DNA of 59,846 nt, the filler included. It is 4 parts of 4 records of this genome, joined end to end, with 100 filler letters (N's around TTAATTAATTAA, not from the genome) between each part and the next. Parts side by side here need not be neighbours in the genome. Positions count along the whole stretch, not along the records: positions 1 to 16,502 come from SRR31147125_14457; positions 16,603 to 42,420 come from SRR31147125_14462; 2 more parts are not named here. One strand, given 5' to 3'. The first letter of the stretch is position 1; each line of letters opens with the position of its first letter. Shown one piece after another: positions 11,719 to 22,136 of the stretch. Under the pieces are notes generated by a model. The model ran no database searches. It was not told the origin of the DNA and saw only the letters and a program-made list of their open reading frames with translations. The position numbers were made by a program, and so were the translations under genes.

Positions 11719-12750
11719 ACTTATCGCTTTCCTCCCATGGATGCAATATAACTTTACCAGTCTCACCCTTCATAAATAACTCAAACGCTCTATCCGCCTG
11801 TGAGAGCGGAAACTTATGTGTCACTACGCAGCTAACATCAAGTCCTTTATAATACTCAGAAACAATATCTTTAACATCATTGGGAGAATAATAAAATGCT
11901 CCGGTAAGATGAACCTCTTTATGGATTATATGTTTTGAAGGCACTATTTTTATCTCTCTGTAATTTTCGCCGGCAAAGCATACGCTGCCGCCGCATCTCA
12001 CATGCTCAAGGGCTGCCATTTCACCATTCACCGTTCCAGAGCATTCAAAAACATAATCAGCACCAATACCTTCGGTTTCTTTATAAAGTTTCTGAACAGC
12101 ATCATCAGTTAAAGGATTAATAGATATATCAGCTTTTACTGTATCTACAGCAAAATTGCGCCTATATTCTGAAGGTTCTCCTACTATTACATTCACATCC
12201 AAGTGTTTTAGATAAGCTATAATCCCCAATCCTATTGGCCACATGCACCTATCACATATGCTGTTTTGCCTGACTGCACCTTGCATGACTTTAGCGCTCT
12301 GTGCGCAACGCCCACAGAGTCGCCGTATAAAAGCACAGCTTGGTCAAAAGGGATATCATGTTCTATTTTTATGCAATTTATATCCCGGCAAACTGTATAT
12401 TCAGCATGTCCGCTATTAGATACTCCTTGAATAGATGTGCAAAACTGATAGTCGCCCTTTTTGCACCAATGGCACTCTCCGCAGCCGTAAAGGGCATATA
12501 AAGCAACTCTGTCACCCTCTTTTACAACAGCTGAACCATTGGCATCCGCTACAATTCCTACGGTTTCATGTCCTGAAAGTGTTTGGGTTTCACGTGTATT
12601 GATATAATCAGATCTTTCGCTCCCACATATTGCAGAAGCGTATACCTTCACAAGTACTTCACCCTCTTTTGGCTTTGGTATTTGTGTTTGTTCAACAACT
12701 GTCTTGCTATTTCCTAAAAGCTTAAGCGCCAGCATTTTATTGCTTTTCAT
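11705..12750 (-). CDS. Zn-dependent alcohol/sugar dehydrogenase (MDR), frameshift at ~12238
   Basis: ICGS, GHETVG, CGECHWCKKGDYQFC Zn ligands; GACG(P)IGLG restored by one C; VTHKFPL..TGKVIL. Confidence 0.9.
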
Positions 12751-13625
12751 CCTTTTACGCTCCCTATAGTCATTCCTTTTACAAAATACTTTTGAAGGAA
12801 TGGATATACAACAAGCACTGGAAGTGCTCCTATAAAAATTTGCGCAGTAATTATTGTCCTTTGTGAAAGCTCCATCATTCTCTTTGCTTCCTCTACACTT
12901 TTGCTAACCATTGAAGATAAGTCATTGTTAATAACAATGGTTCTCATATATGTCTGCAACGGATAGTTGTCAATACGATTCATAAATATCATGCCGTCAA
13001 ACCAGCTGTTCCAGTTAAAAACCGTAACAAAAAGCACAAGTGTTGCCAGAGCTGTTTTTGAAATTGGCACATATATTTGCCACAAAATCCTCCACTGCCC
13101 AGCGCCATCCATAATTGCCGCCTCTTCTATTTCTTGCGGTACTCTTCTGAAAAAGTTTAATAACAGCACTATGTTAAATACCTGAACTGAAAACGGCAAG
13201 ACTAAAGATAATATATTGTCTATTAGTCCAAGCTGGCTAACTGTCATGTATAAAGGTATTAAACCTCCAGAGAATAGGATTGATATCATAAAAAACCATA
13301 CTATGAGCGTCCTTCCCTTTAGCTTTGAATCAGGCTTTGAAAGAGGATATGCAGCCAAAATAACCACTGCCATACTAACGCCTATGGATAATACTGTTCT
13401 TTGAACTGTTATCCACAAAGCTTTCCAAAATCTCGCGTTTTCTAAAACATAAGTATATGCAATTACAGTAGGTTTTACAGGCCAAAGCGTAACTTTGCCC
13501 GCCACAGCCATTTCTTTTGCACTGAGTGAAACAGCCGCTATATGAATTATGGGAAGCACGCACGAAAGCGCTGCAAGTCCTAAAATAATAAAATTAAATG
13601 TGTCAAAAGCGTTTATCTTTTTCAT
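12747..13625 (-). CDS. Carbohydrate ABC transporter permease (CUT1)
   Basis: EIEEAAIMDGAG EAA loop, YPFLQKYFVKGMTIGSVKG. Confidence 0.95.
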   Translation of the reverse strand: MKKINAFDTFNFIILGLAALSCVLPIIHIAAVSLSAKEMAVAGKVTLWPVKPTVIAYTYVLENARFWKALWITVQRTVLSIGVSMAVVILAAYPLSKPDSKLKGRTLIVWFFMISILFSGGLIPLYMTVSQLGLIDNILSLVLPFSVQVFNIVLLLNFFRRVPQEIEEAAIMDGAGQWRILWQIYVPISKTALATLVLFVTVFNWNSWFDGMIFMNRIDNYPLQTYMRTIVINNDLSSMVSKSVEEAKRMMELSQRTIITAQIFIGALPVLVVYPFLQKYFVKGMTIGSVKG

Positions 13626-13634
13626 GTTAGCCCC

Positions 13635-14552
13635 CTAAAATATCCTGTAATCTGTGTATTTAACAGCAAGGAAATACGATAATGAAATAATTAAAAATGA
13701 TACAATCGATTTGGATAAACCGATAGCCGTCGCTAAGCTGTATTGTGCCTCCACAATTCCCAGCCTGTAGACAAATGTATCTAGAATATCACCGCTTCTG
13801 TAAACAATAGGGCTATAAAGGTTAAATATCTGGTCAAATCCAGCATTTAAAATATTTCCCAAGCTTAGCACTCCCACTAAGACTATTATCATCTTCATTC
13901 CCGGGAGGGTGATATAGCGTATCCTCTGCCACCTGTTGGCTCCATCAATGTAGGCCGCCTCGTAAAGCAAAGGGTCGATGTTCGATATTGCCGCTAAAAA
14001 AACTACAGTTCCAAAACCGAATTCTTTCCATACGTGTGTTACTGTTATTGTTATTGGAAACCAAGTATTGTTTCCTAAAAAGAATATCGGTTCCATGTTA
14101 AAAACATTAGTTAGAATGTTGTTCACAATCCCATTTTCTGTAGATAAAATATCCTTAAAAATCCCGCCTAAAACTACCCATGATAAGAAAAATGGAAGAT
14201 AGATGGCTGTTTGAACTATTCTTTTTAAAGATTTTTTCTTTACTTCATTTATTAATATTGCAAATATAATAGGTACTATAAATCCAAGAATTATTTTCAT
14301 TAGAGCAATAAATAAAGTATTATAAATAACCCTCTCTATATCTGGATATTTCATTATTTTTATAAAATTAGTAAAGCCAACCCATTCTTGATTACCAAAC
14401 ATACCTTTTGCAGGTATAAATTTCTGAAAAGCTATAATTATTCCTGCCATAGGTATGTAATTGAAAATTATAACAAGTGTAACAGCAGGAATTAACATTA
14501 AATACAATGGCAATGTTGATTTAAAGCTTCTATTTGCTTTATTGATTGTCAT
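13635..14552 (-). CDS. Carbohydrate ABC transporter permease (LplB-like)
   Basis: YLPFFLSWVV, LYEAAYIDGANRWQRIRYITLPG. Confidence 0.95.
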   Translation of the reverse strand: MTINKANRSFKSTLPLYLMLIPAVTLVIIFNYIPMAGIIIAFQKFIPAKGMFGNQEWVGFTNFIKIMKYPDIERVIYNTLFIALMKIILGFIVPIIFAILINEVKKKSLKRIVQTAIYLPFFLSWVVLGGIFKDILSTENGIVNNILTNVFNMEPIFFLGNNTWFPITITVTHVWKEFGFGTVVFLAAISNIDPLLYEAAYIDGANRWQRIRYITLPGMKMIIVLVGVLSLGNILNAGFDQIFNLYSPIVYRSGDILDTFVYRLGIVEAQYSLATAIGLSKSIVSFLIISLSYFLAVKYTDYRIF

Positions 14553-14608
14553 TTGAATCCTCCGAATAATCGTTCTTTCGCCGATTTTGAGTCAAAAAAT
14601 AGATGATA

Positions 14609-14638
14609 GGAATCTATAAAGTATTATATATAGATTCC
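14609..14638 (-). terminator. Stem-loop between the SBP and permease genes (partial terminator or mRNA stabiliser)
   Basis: GGAATCTATA...TATAGATTCC inverted repeat. Confidence 0.5.
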
Positions 14639-14667
14639 ATACATCAATTATTAAAAGTTAAAGTTAT

Positions 14668-16455
14668 CTAATTATTGCTTTGATACCATTCGTTTACTTC
14701 TTGGCTTATCTCTTCACCGCCAATTGCATTGATATCTTCTACAAAAGTGTCAAACGCTGATATATCATCTTCACCCATAATAATTCTTGTGAATGCCTCA
14801 TTAATCATCTTTTGCTGGGTACCCATAAATTCGCTCATTGTCTCAGTTACCGAGTATGAATAGGCATCCTGCAAGACAGTGGTATCAAAGTTTTTCCAAT
14901 AATATGTCAGTATATGTTCTGAACCTTCAGGATAAAGACAATATACCATGGGTAAGCATCAGCCGTATTTTCTTCAATATAAGGTGTTACCAGATTATAT
15001 ATCATGTTTTCGGTTTCATTGGCATAAATTTCTTTTAACACCTCTTGATCTTCTTCAGGGAAGAATTCTTCAATAGATTCGTCTCTCGCTTCAACGATGT
15101 CACTTCCTTCAATCATTTTCTTTGTCTGCAAAGCCATAAACAGGTTTGACATAGGCAAATGAGGATATTTTACAGGAATCACAAAGTTATGACCGTCAGT
15201 TACATAATAATCCTTTGTTTCTGCATCTGACATCAAAGCATCATATTCGTTGGCAAGGTTCATTATTTTCACAACCGCCTCGGGATGTTCACAATCTTTA
15301 CTTATAACAACACCTTGAATAGAAGTTGAAGTTGAAGGAACATCTACTTTCCCCACCAGGTATGGGAACTGCCACCCAATCAGCGTTGGGGTCATTTGCC
15401 TTTGACGCACCAAAACCAAATAAGAGAGGAGTTGCGTGTACACCATAAATCATACCAATTTTTCCGTTAGCAACGTCTTCAGAAATCTGCTCAGTCCCTT
15501 TAATACAAAACTCTGTATCAATATAGCCTTTTGAATACATATCTTGAAGTTTTAAGAGTGAATCCTTAACTTTATCTGTACCCATGCCGCTAACAAGTTC
15601 TCCATCAATTTCCTCCCATATTAGGGGATGTGCATCATTGGTATTAAAATATCCGATTAAAGAGGAAAGTGTCGAACTCATTAGGTTATCCCCTCCGAGA
15701 ATACCAATTCCTAATGTATCATCTTCGCCGTTTTGATCCGGATCATCTTCTGCAAATGCTTTTATTACTGCATCTAATTCCTCTGCTGTTTCAGGAATTT
15801 CTAGGTCTAAGTTATTAAGCCAGTCACGCCTTATCCAAAGCATTTTAGCCTCATCGAGAATATCTCCTTCACCAACATTCGGTATAGCAGTTTCTTCGCC
15901 ATCACCAAAGTCAAATGCTGTCCAGTTTAAGTATCTGTTTACATTGTGAAAAGCTTTGTTTACATCCGAAGCCCATGTGTCAAAAAGGTTGCGGACTGGT
16001 ATAATAAGTTCCGCATCATGCAGCTGTTTTACTGTAGTTGCGTTTATTTGTGAAATAAAATCGGGGATTTGCCCAGAAGCCATCATAATGTTTAATTTCT
16101 CAAGGTACTGAGATGAATCAACTATAGCAATATACTCGATTTCAATATTAAGCTTTTCCTTAATCAATCTAGTCCATCTGTTATCCTCAATTGTTTCTCC
16201 ATCAAGACCTGCAATCATTTCATCTATTGCCGAGTTTGATGCAAATATAGTAGTCAGTTTTACTGTTTCTTCGTACCTTCCATATGGGTCTACTGTTACT
16301 TCTTCAGTGGCTGTCGACTCATCTGTCCCTTGTTCTTGTGTTTGCTCTGTTTCATCAGAATCAGTCAATTCTGTATTTGTACATGAGCTTAGCGCTAAAA
16401 CACTCAAAATAAGCATTAACGCAACAATTATAGAGAATATTCTTCTCAATTTCAT
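14668..16455 (-). CDS. Extracellular solute-binding lipoprotein (LplA-like), frameshifts at ~15352 and ~14934
   Basis: Signal peptide with LSSC lipobox, WIRRDWLNNLDLEIPET, DPDQNGEDDT, CEHPEAVVK, RIIMGE...GGEEISQEVNEWY; three ORF pieces tile one SBP. Confidence 0.88.
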
Positions 16456-16502
16456 AATACTTCTCCTTCATCAATAAATTACTTAATCCTATCTGAAAAA
16501 CA

Positions 16503-16602
16503 NNNNNNNNNNNNNNNNNNNNNNNNNNNNNNNNNNNNNNNNNNNNTTAATTAATTAANNNNNNNNNNNNNNNNNNNNNNNNNNNNNNNNNNNNNNNNNN
16601 NN
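16503..16602. other. Artificial contig linker
   Basis: N-run / TTAATTAATTAA (stops in all six frames) / N-run. Confidence 0.98.
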
Positions 16603-17237
16603 TTTTCCTGTGGTCTTTCAACGGGTGCTGGAGGGACTGGTGGTGGAGGTGGTGCCGGTAAGACCTCTGAAGGTGATTCTGGTATTGGTGGCTGTGATGG
16701 TGGAGAAGGTTCCTCAATATCCACTTCTGCTGATCCAGTTCCTACCCCGGTTGCATCTTTGATCATGTCTAAAACACCGTATGGAGGTGAATCTTTCACG
16801 TCTTCTGGTTGCTCGGAAGAAATTGGTTCCTCATCTGGTCTAGTCTCAACCTGCTGGTGCGGCTCCTCCTCAGGTGCTGCAGGAGGAGGTGCTGGCGGAG
16901 GTGGTTGCGGTTTGAACTCTACAGGTAATTCAGATATCGGTGGTTCTGATGGAATTGAGGGATTTTCAATATCATCTTCCGCTGATCCTGTTCCCACTCC
17001 ATCTGCATCTTTCACGATGTCTAAAACACCGGATTGAGGTGAATCTTTCACATCTTCTGGTTGCTTGGAAGAAATTGGTTCCTCATCTGGTCTGGTCTCA
17101 ACCTGCTGCGGCGGTTCCTCCTCTGTTGCAACAGGTTCAAGTTTTGCATTTTCCCCTGACTGACAATTTATAAGGAAGCATGCCCCGGCAATCATTAGCC
17201 ACATGGCATAAAGCCATTTCGGGCATTTATTTTTCAT
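16603..17237 (-). CDS. Pro/Glu-rich putative lipoprotein with two 84-aa repeats, truncated by the contig end
   Basis: MKNKCPKWLYAMWLMIAGACFLINC signal/lipobox; acidic Pro-rich body; ORF runs into Ns. Confidence 0.7.
16620..17123 (-). repeat. Intragenic tandem direct repeat, 2 x 252 bp
   Basis: QQVETRPDEEPISS.QPEDVKDSP..GVLD..KDA.GVGTGSAE occurs twice; near-identical DNA at 16872-17123 and 16620-16871. Confidence 0.92.
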
Positions 17238-17412
17238 GACAAAACTCCCACCATTGCAATAACCAGGTATTCCGTCTGGCAAATTTATTATGTTTTTACC
17301 AGAGAAAGCCTGGTCCACATTTATTTATAAAACATACTTTTAGTAAATTATTCCGGGAGCTTTAATGTTTGTGATAATTTCTAATTGGTAACAGTGGAAA
17401 TTTGTATGTTGT

Positions 17413-17447
17413 AAAAAAATACCCTGCACTTAACAGGATGCAGGGTA
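17413..17447 (-). terminator. Rho-independent terminator after the receiver gene
   Basis: TACCCTGCA-loop-TGCAGGGTA followed by T7 on the minus strand. Confidence 0.75.
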
Positions 17448-17493
17448 AATAAAGCTAGTATTTAAAGTTATAAAAGATTCTGTATCTATTTTC

Positions 17494-17976
17494 TCATACA
17501 AATGCCTTTACGATTTCGTTTTGAATAGATTGGAGTTCTGAATAGGCAGAGTTGATTTGAGAAATTTTTTCGTTTAATTTTTTCATTAGTTTTTTTCTTT
17601 CCAGGCCATTTCTGAGAATAATTAAGAGATCGTCATTATCCCATGGTTTTTCAATATACTGGAAAAGGCCGACGTCGTTGATGGCTTTAATGGCATTTTC
17701 CTTATCCGCATAACCCGTGAGGATGATGCGTGGCACTTCTGGCCTGACATCCCGAACCCTGGCCAGGAAGCTGATTCCATCCATTTCCGGCATTAAATAA
17801 TCTGAAATGACCAGATCAACATCATTTCCTGAGATGAAATCCAACGCTTTCTCAGCAGATGTAAAAGTGTGAACATTGTAATGAGTTTCCAAACTAAGAA
17901 AAGAATTCAAACTTGTAAGTACAATATCTTCATCGTCGACAATGACTACTGTTTCTTTTTCAGAAGATGTATCCAT
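17494..17976 (-). CDS. Receiver-domain response regulator with short C-terminal coiled coil
   Basis: VIVDDE, ISDYLMP, ILTGY, IEKPWD; ATG at 17976 behind GGAG. Confidence 0.92.
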   Translation of the reverse strand: MDTSSEKETVVIVDDEDIVLTSLNSFLSLETHYNVHTFTSAEKALDFISGNDVDLVISDYLMPEMDGISFLARVRDVRPEVPRIILTGYADKENAIKAINDVGLFQYIEKPWDNDDLLIILRNGLERKKLMKKLNEKISQINSAYSELQSIQNEIVKAFV

Positions 17977-18313
17977 CTCTCTCTCCTGCAATATTGAATA
18001 AGGTCTATTGATGTAAATGTGATCTTGACGCAATTAAAATAACAATATTATTAATAAACCTCAATAGATAAATATAATATTTATATGATGGGTGCCTTTT
18101 TAAAAAAGATCATTAGTTTTACGAAAAATATATCCCCTGGTTTCATTACGTTTCTTTATTAAAGACCGGATTACAGCAAAAAGTATCTGGCCCTGGTTTT
18201 TATTGTAGACCAACAGATAAGGGCATTCTATTATTCAATATAGTTTTATAAATTTAGGGAATTTGTGGAATATCCCATTGAGTTGGAGGTTGAAGAGAAA
18301 AAGAAAAAAGCGG

Positions 18314-18757
18314 TTAAACGTTTTGCTTGAGATCAACTCTTACACGTCCTACCAGATTACGCAATCGTTTTGACATTGTTTTTAATACACCCTGGGTTAT
18401 CCGGGTGTGATCTGCAAGTAGATCGTAAAAATCTTCCCGGTCAATTTGCAGTAAAGTAGATTCTTCCATGGTTGTTGCTGTTGTTATTCGTGGTTCATCA
18501 TCAAAGAGAGCCCAGGTACCAAAAGCATCTTTCGCCTTTGCAATCATGACCTGTTGATCGTGATGGTGCAAGCGGACTTGCCCTTCAATGACAATATACA
18601 TTGAATCCGATACCTGGCCTTCATCATAAATTTGCGTGTCTGCTTTAATTTTTATTTCATCTGTCACTGCAGCAATATGTGCCAAATCTTCTGTCGTGTT
18701 GTTTTCAAATATATCTACTTCTTGTAAAAACAATACTTTTTCCACTATAGTTAACAT
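18314..18757 (-). CDS. Stand-alone cyclic-nucleotide-binding domain protein
   Basis: VEKVLFLQEVDIF, IYDEGQVSDSMYIVIEGQV, FGTWALFDDEPR; no HTH. Confidence 0.9.
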   Translation of the reverse strand: MLTIVEKVLFLQEVDIFENNTTEDLAHIAAVTDEIKIKADTQIYDEGQVSDSMYIVIEGQVRLHHHDQQVMIAKAKDAFGTWALFDDEPRITTATTMEESTLLQIDREDFYDLLADHTRITQGVLKTMSKRLRNLVGRVRVDLKQNV

Positions 18758-18781
18758 ATTAATGGCCCCGTTTTTTTCGCT

Positions 18782-21594
18782 CTATGAAATTGATTTTAAG
18801 CGTTTTAATGCATAATTTGCAGTTTCTCTGGTTGCCCGATCCGGCTCTGTCATTAGTTTTTTTATCATCCATTTGGGTTCTGAAATTCCGGCTTCTGCCA
18901 TAAAATATACAGTACATATTTTAAGCCATTTGTCGTCTTCCTCTAAAATTATCTGTATGGTTTCTGCCACTGAATTTGCCGATTTATTGGAATATGTTAG
19001 TGATTTCTCCAATTGAGCAGAAGAGCTTCTTTCAATGAGTGGGATGATCATTTTTTTTAAGGATGGATCTAACAGATTATCCAAAAACTCGATGGCATTT
19101 GCACGTTGGTCCATGTTTTTACTTGTTACAGCCTGATAGGCATTAATTATGTCGTTTGGTGGATATTTTAACTCTAATAACCTGAAAATTCGTTCGAGAG
19201 TGTTTTCGAGTTTTTCTTCCAACGTTTTCACAATTAATTGGTGAGCTTTAAGAGCGTTGTTGTTCGTATCCTGGATCACATCCAACAAACTGTCTTTTGT
19301 GTATAGCAGGGATAGCGTTTTGAAATAGTTATCAGCCTCTTTGATGATTCTTTTTCCAATTTTTTGATTTTCAAACTTGAGCAAAGGAAAGTTTGTTCTC
19401 AATTTATTGAGGGACTTTATCATTTCATAACGCAACATCAGGTCTTTATGGTCAAGATTTTTAAAAAGCAGGTCTACAGAATACTGGGTTCCAATTAAGG
19501 CGAGAACCTTGGAAATTCCCAGCCGGATGCGTGTATCTACATCCGAATTGGTTATATAATCCTCAAGAGTGTCGATAATATCATCGCCATACTCTGCCAG
19601 GGCATTTCGAGCTTCCCTTTTAACGAAATTTGTATTCAAATGTCTTATTAAAACAGGAATGAACATTGGATCGCGACTATTGCCTGCATTTGTAATTGCA
19701 GCGAGAACTACCTCAGGGGATTCATCATTTAACAGATTTTGTAAAAATGGATAGAGTTCCTTTTCTCCTGCAATTCCAATAACATTGGCGAGATTAATCT
19801 TAAGCAAGGTTTTATCCACCTCACTATCATTATAATCAGCCCATTGTTCGACAAAAGAATCAAATATGTCTTTAAAATGAATAGATTTACGAACATCGCT
19901 TCTTTCACGATTTGCGTGCGCCGCGCATAAAAGTGCGGCGCTTTTAATTCTATAATCTTTATGAGAGAGATAATGATGTAATACGTCAATACTGTCATTG
20001 CTTGTCTGGGCCAGATACCTAATAGCCTCAACTTTAACATCATAGTTATCATCATCTATTAATTCGGTAGCTTCCCGGGTAAAATCAGCATCATAGTTGA
20101 GTAAATTGCCCAAGATTTGTATTTTTATATCTGGCGAAGAATGTGGTAGCAATTCTCTGAAATATGGAAGGAAATTTTCATTTTTTACATTCTCAATTAA
20201 CTTGAGTACATAGAGAATTTGTCGTTCATTTCTGCTGTTAAAAATCTTGACCAAACTTTCAAATACTGAAGCATCTTCGAGATTGACATTTTGATCCTGG
20301 AGGTCAATAGAACGTTTCTCAATAGCCTGGCGAAATGAGTTTATATATTCCTGCCTCGTCGTAGTAATCAAATAATACCAGATGGCAATAATAAATATGA
20401 TGACAAAACTGATATTTTGAACGGAAAAGTGGAACTGGGTTGTAAAAATAATTAACAGAAAGCCGCCAATGCCGGTTGCAAGGCTATCTATAAACACATC
20501 GATAAAAGTTTTACTCTGGTTTTTGATGTTGCCGGGAAGCGGCAAGTATAATAACTCAAGCCCTGCCTTGTTTATGGATTGTTTAAACCCTCCATCACTC
20601 ACCTTTATAATAATAGCTGATAAAAGACCTGGATTGAAGAGAATGCAAAAAGCGCCTATAAGAATACCTGTTGGCAGGAAAAACAGGGAGGTGGTGACAC
20701 CAAAGTATTTTAAAACCCGGCTGGTTAGGAGCAGCTGAATCAACAAGGAGGCGATGCTAAAATTCGAAGACCAGAATCCAAAAAAGGCAGTGAGTTGGTC
20801 TTCATCTTTGATCAGGTCACTGGCGATGGCACTATATTGATAATCTACCAAATTTGCAATGATGACACTTATACCTACGAGAGCAGCGATTAACGTTAAA
20901 TAACGTGATTTGAGGATTAGTTTCAGAGGGCTATCTTCTGAATATTGTTTTCGAACTCTTTTTCTTGTAATAATTTTTCTGTATAAGTAAATCGCGCGCT
21001 TTTTTTCCATATGATTCCCATAATAAAGATACAAAGGGTGAGAAAACTCATACAAAGAAATATCAAATTTTCCGTACCAAAGACGGGAGCAAGGAAATTT
21101 GTTGTAAAACCACCAAAGATACCACCAGAAATTCCTCCCGCACCAATAAAGCCAAATAATCTTTTTGCTTCACGGGCGTTGAATACATAATTGGCAAATA
21201 ACCAGAATTGAGATGTTGAAATAACCCCAAATATGGCAACCCATATGTAAAAAGCATAGTAAAACCAGCCTGAATCAAAACCTATAAAAAGTAAAATCCA
21301 AAATACAAAGAAAACACTAATGGAAATAAGAGTCGTGTAGAGGATCAACAGATTTAGCCGGATTTTATTCGCATATTTTGAGTGAATATGGATTATGAAA
21401 ATCGCTGAAACTGCAACAAGTATAAAGGCATAGGGAAGTTGGGAAATACCGAACTTTGTCAGAAATAGAGAGTTGCGTACCGGTTTTACTATAAGAAGAG
21501 ATGCGATGATTAAAAAGATATAGCTAAACATCAGCGTGGCTTTTAAACCCTCACCTTCACGAATATCAAATATTTTGCGAATAAAGTTTTGCAT
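18782..21594 (-). CDS. NTT/TLC-family nucleotide transporter fused to HEAT repeats, frameshift at ~20960
   Basis: KPVRNSLFL, SQFWLFANYVFNAREAKRLFGFIG, DYQYS, SINKAGLELLYLPLP, KTFIDVF; then helical HEAT repeats and RANAIEFLDN. Confidence 0.88.
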
Positions 21595-21656
21595 TAATAT
21601 ATGCTATAATTCTTCCCGATAATAGTTTACATATCAAAGATAAAAATGTTTAGGTC

Positions 21657-21885
21657 TTATTTTGCTTCTGACTGAGGAGATGTCAATTTTTTATGTTCAA
21701 TTCCGATAACAACAGCCAGACCTATCCAAACAAGAACCAGTAAAAGATTAAAAAGAGCAAATTGTTTTGTTTGAAAAGCCAGGATATGTGTACCAATATA
21801 AACCATTAATGCAGACAGGACATCTCCGGTTCTGACAAAGAATGTATCAATAGCTTGCTTGGCTTTTTGTTCTCGCGTGGTTGCA
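21657..21885 (-). pseudogene. C-terminal remnant (last two TM helices) of another NTT-family carrier
   Basis: TTREQKAKQAIDTFFVRTGDVLSA aligns by eye with PTSKDEKYKAKAFIDMFVQRFAKVLA of the neighbour; upstream sequence is non-homologous. Confidence 0.8.
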
Positions 21886-22136
21886 AATACAGTTCTTGTT
21901 TTATCAGAGTCTGTAATAAATAATCTGTTATGTTTTCGATTCATGCATTATAATGGAAGTCGTTAATCCACAAACGCCTCATATAAAAATTATTATGAAA
22001 CGAATTGTATACTCGAAATTGTTGAACTCGAGCTATTCTGTCCCACACGATGAGTGTAATCTCTTGAAATTAAGCATTTTTTGGTTTTAATATATTAATG
22101 GCGTTTAAAATATCCATTTCGTGCTAAATAAGTACA

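Noticed and set aside
11461-12750. Programmed frameshifting, phase variation or mass pseudogenisation as the cause of split genes
   Set aside because: Indels occur in all four contigs, at short homopolymers and in housekeeping genes, without accompanying nonsense decay; sequencing error is simpler
16503-16602. TTAATTAATTAA recurring three times as a biological repeat or att site
   Set aside because: Always embedded in N-runs of the same layout; a standard all-frame-stop contig linker
16551-17318. Track ORF of 255 aa ending in X residues
   Set aside because: Its stop comes from the linker; the better start is ATG 17237 with a signal peptide
21886-21944. N-terminus of the 95-aa ORF 21657-21944 as a real small protein
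   Set aside because: The first ~20 residues are non-homologous and lack an RBS; the rest is an NTT fragment missing the conserved YK
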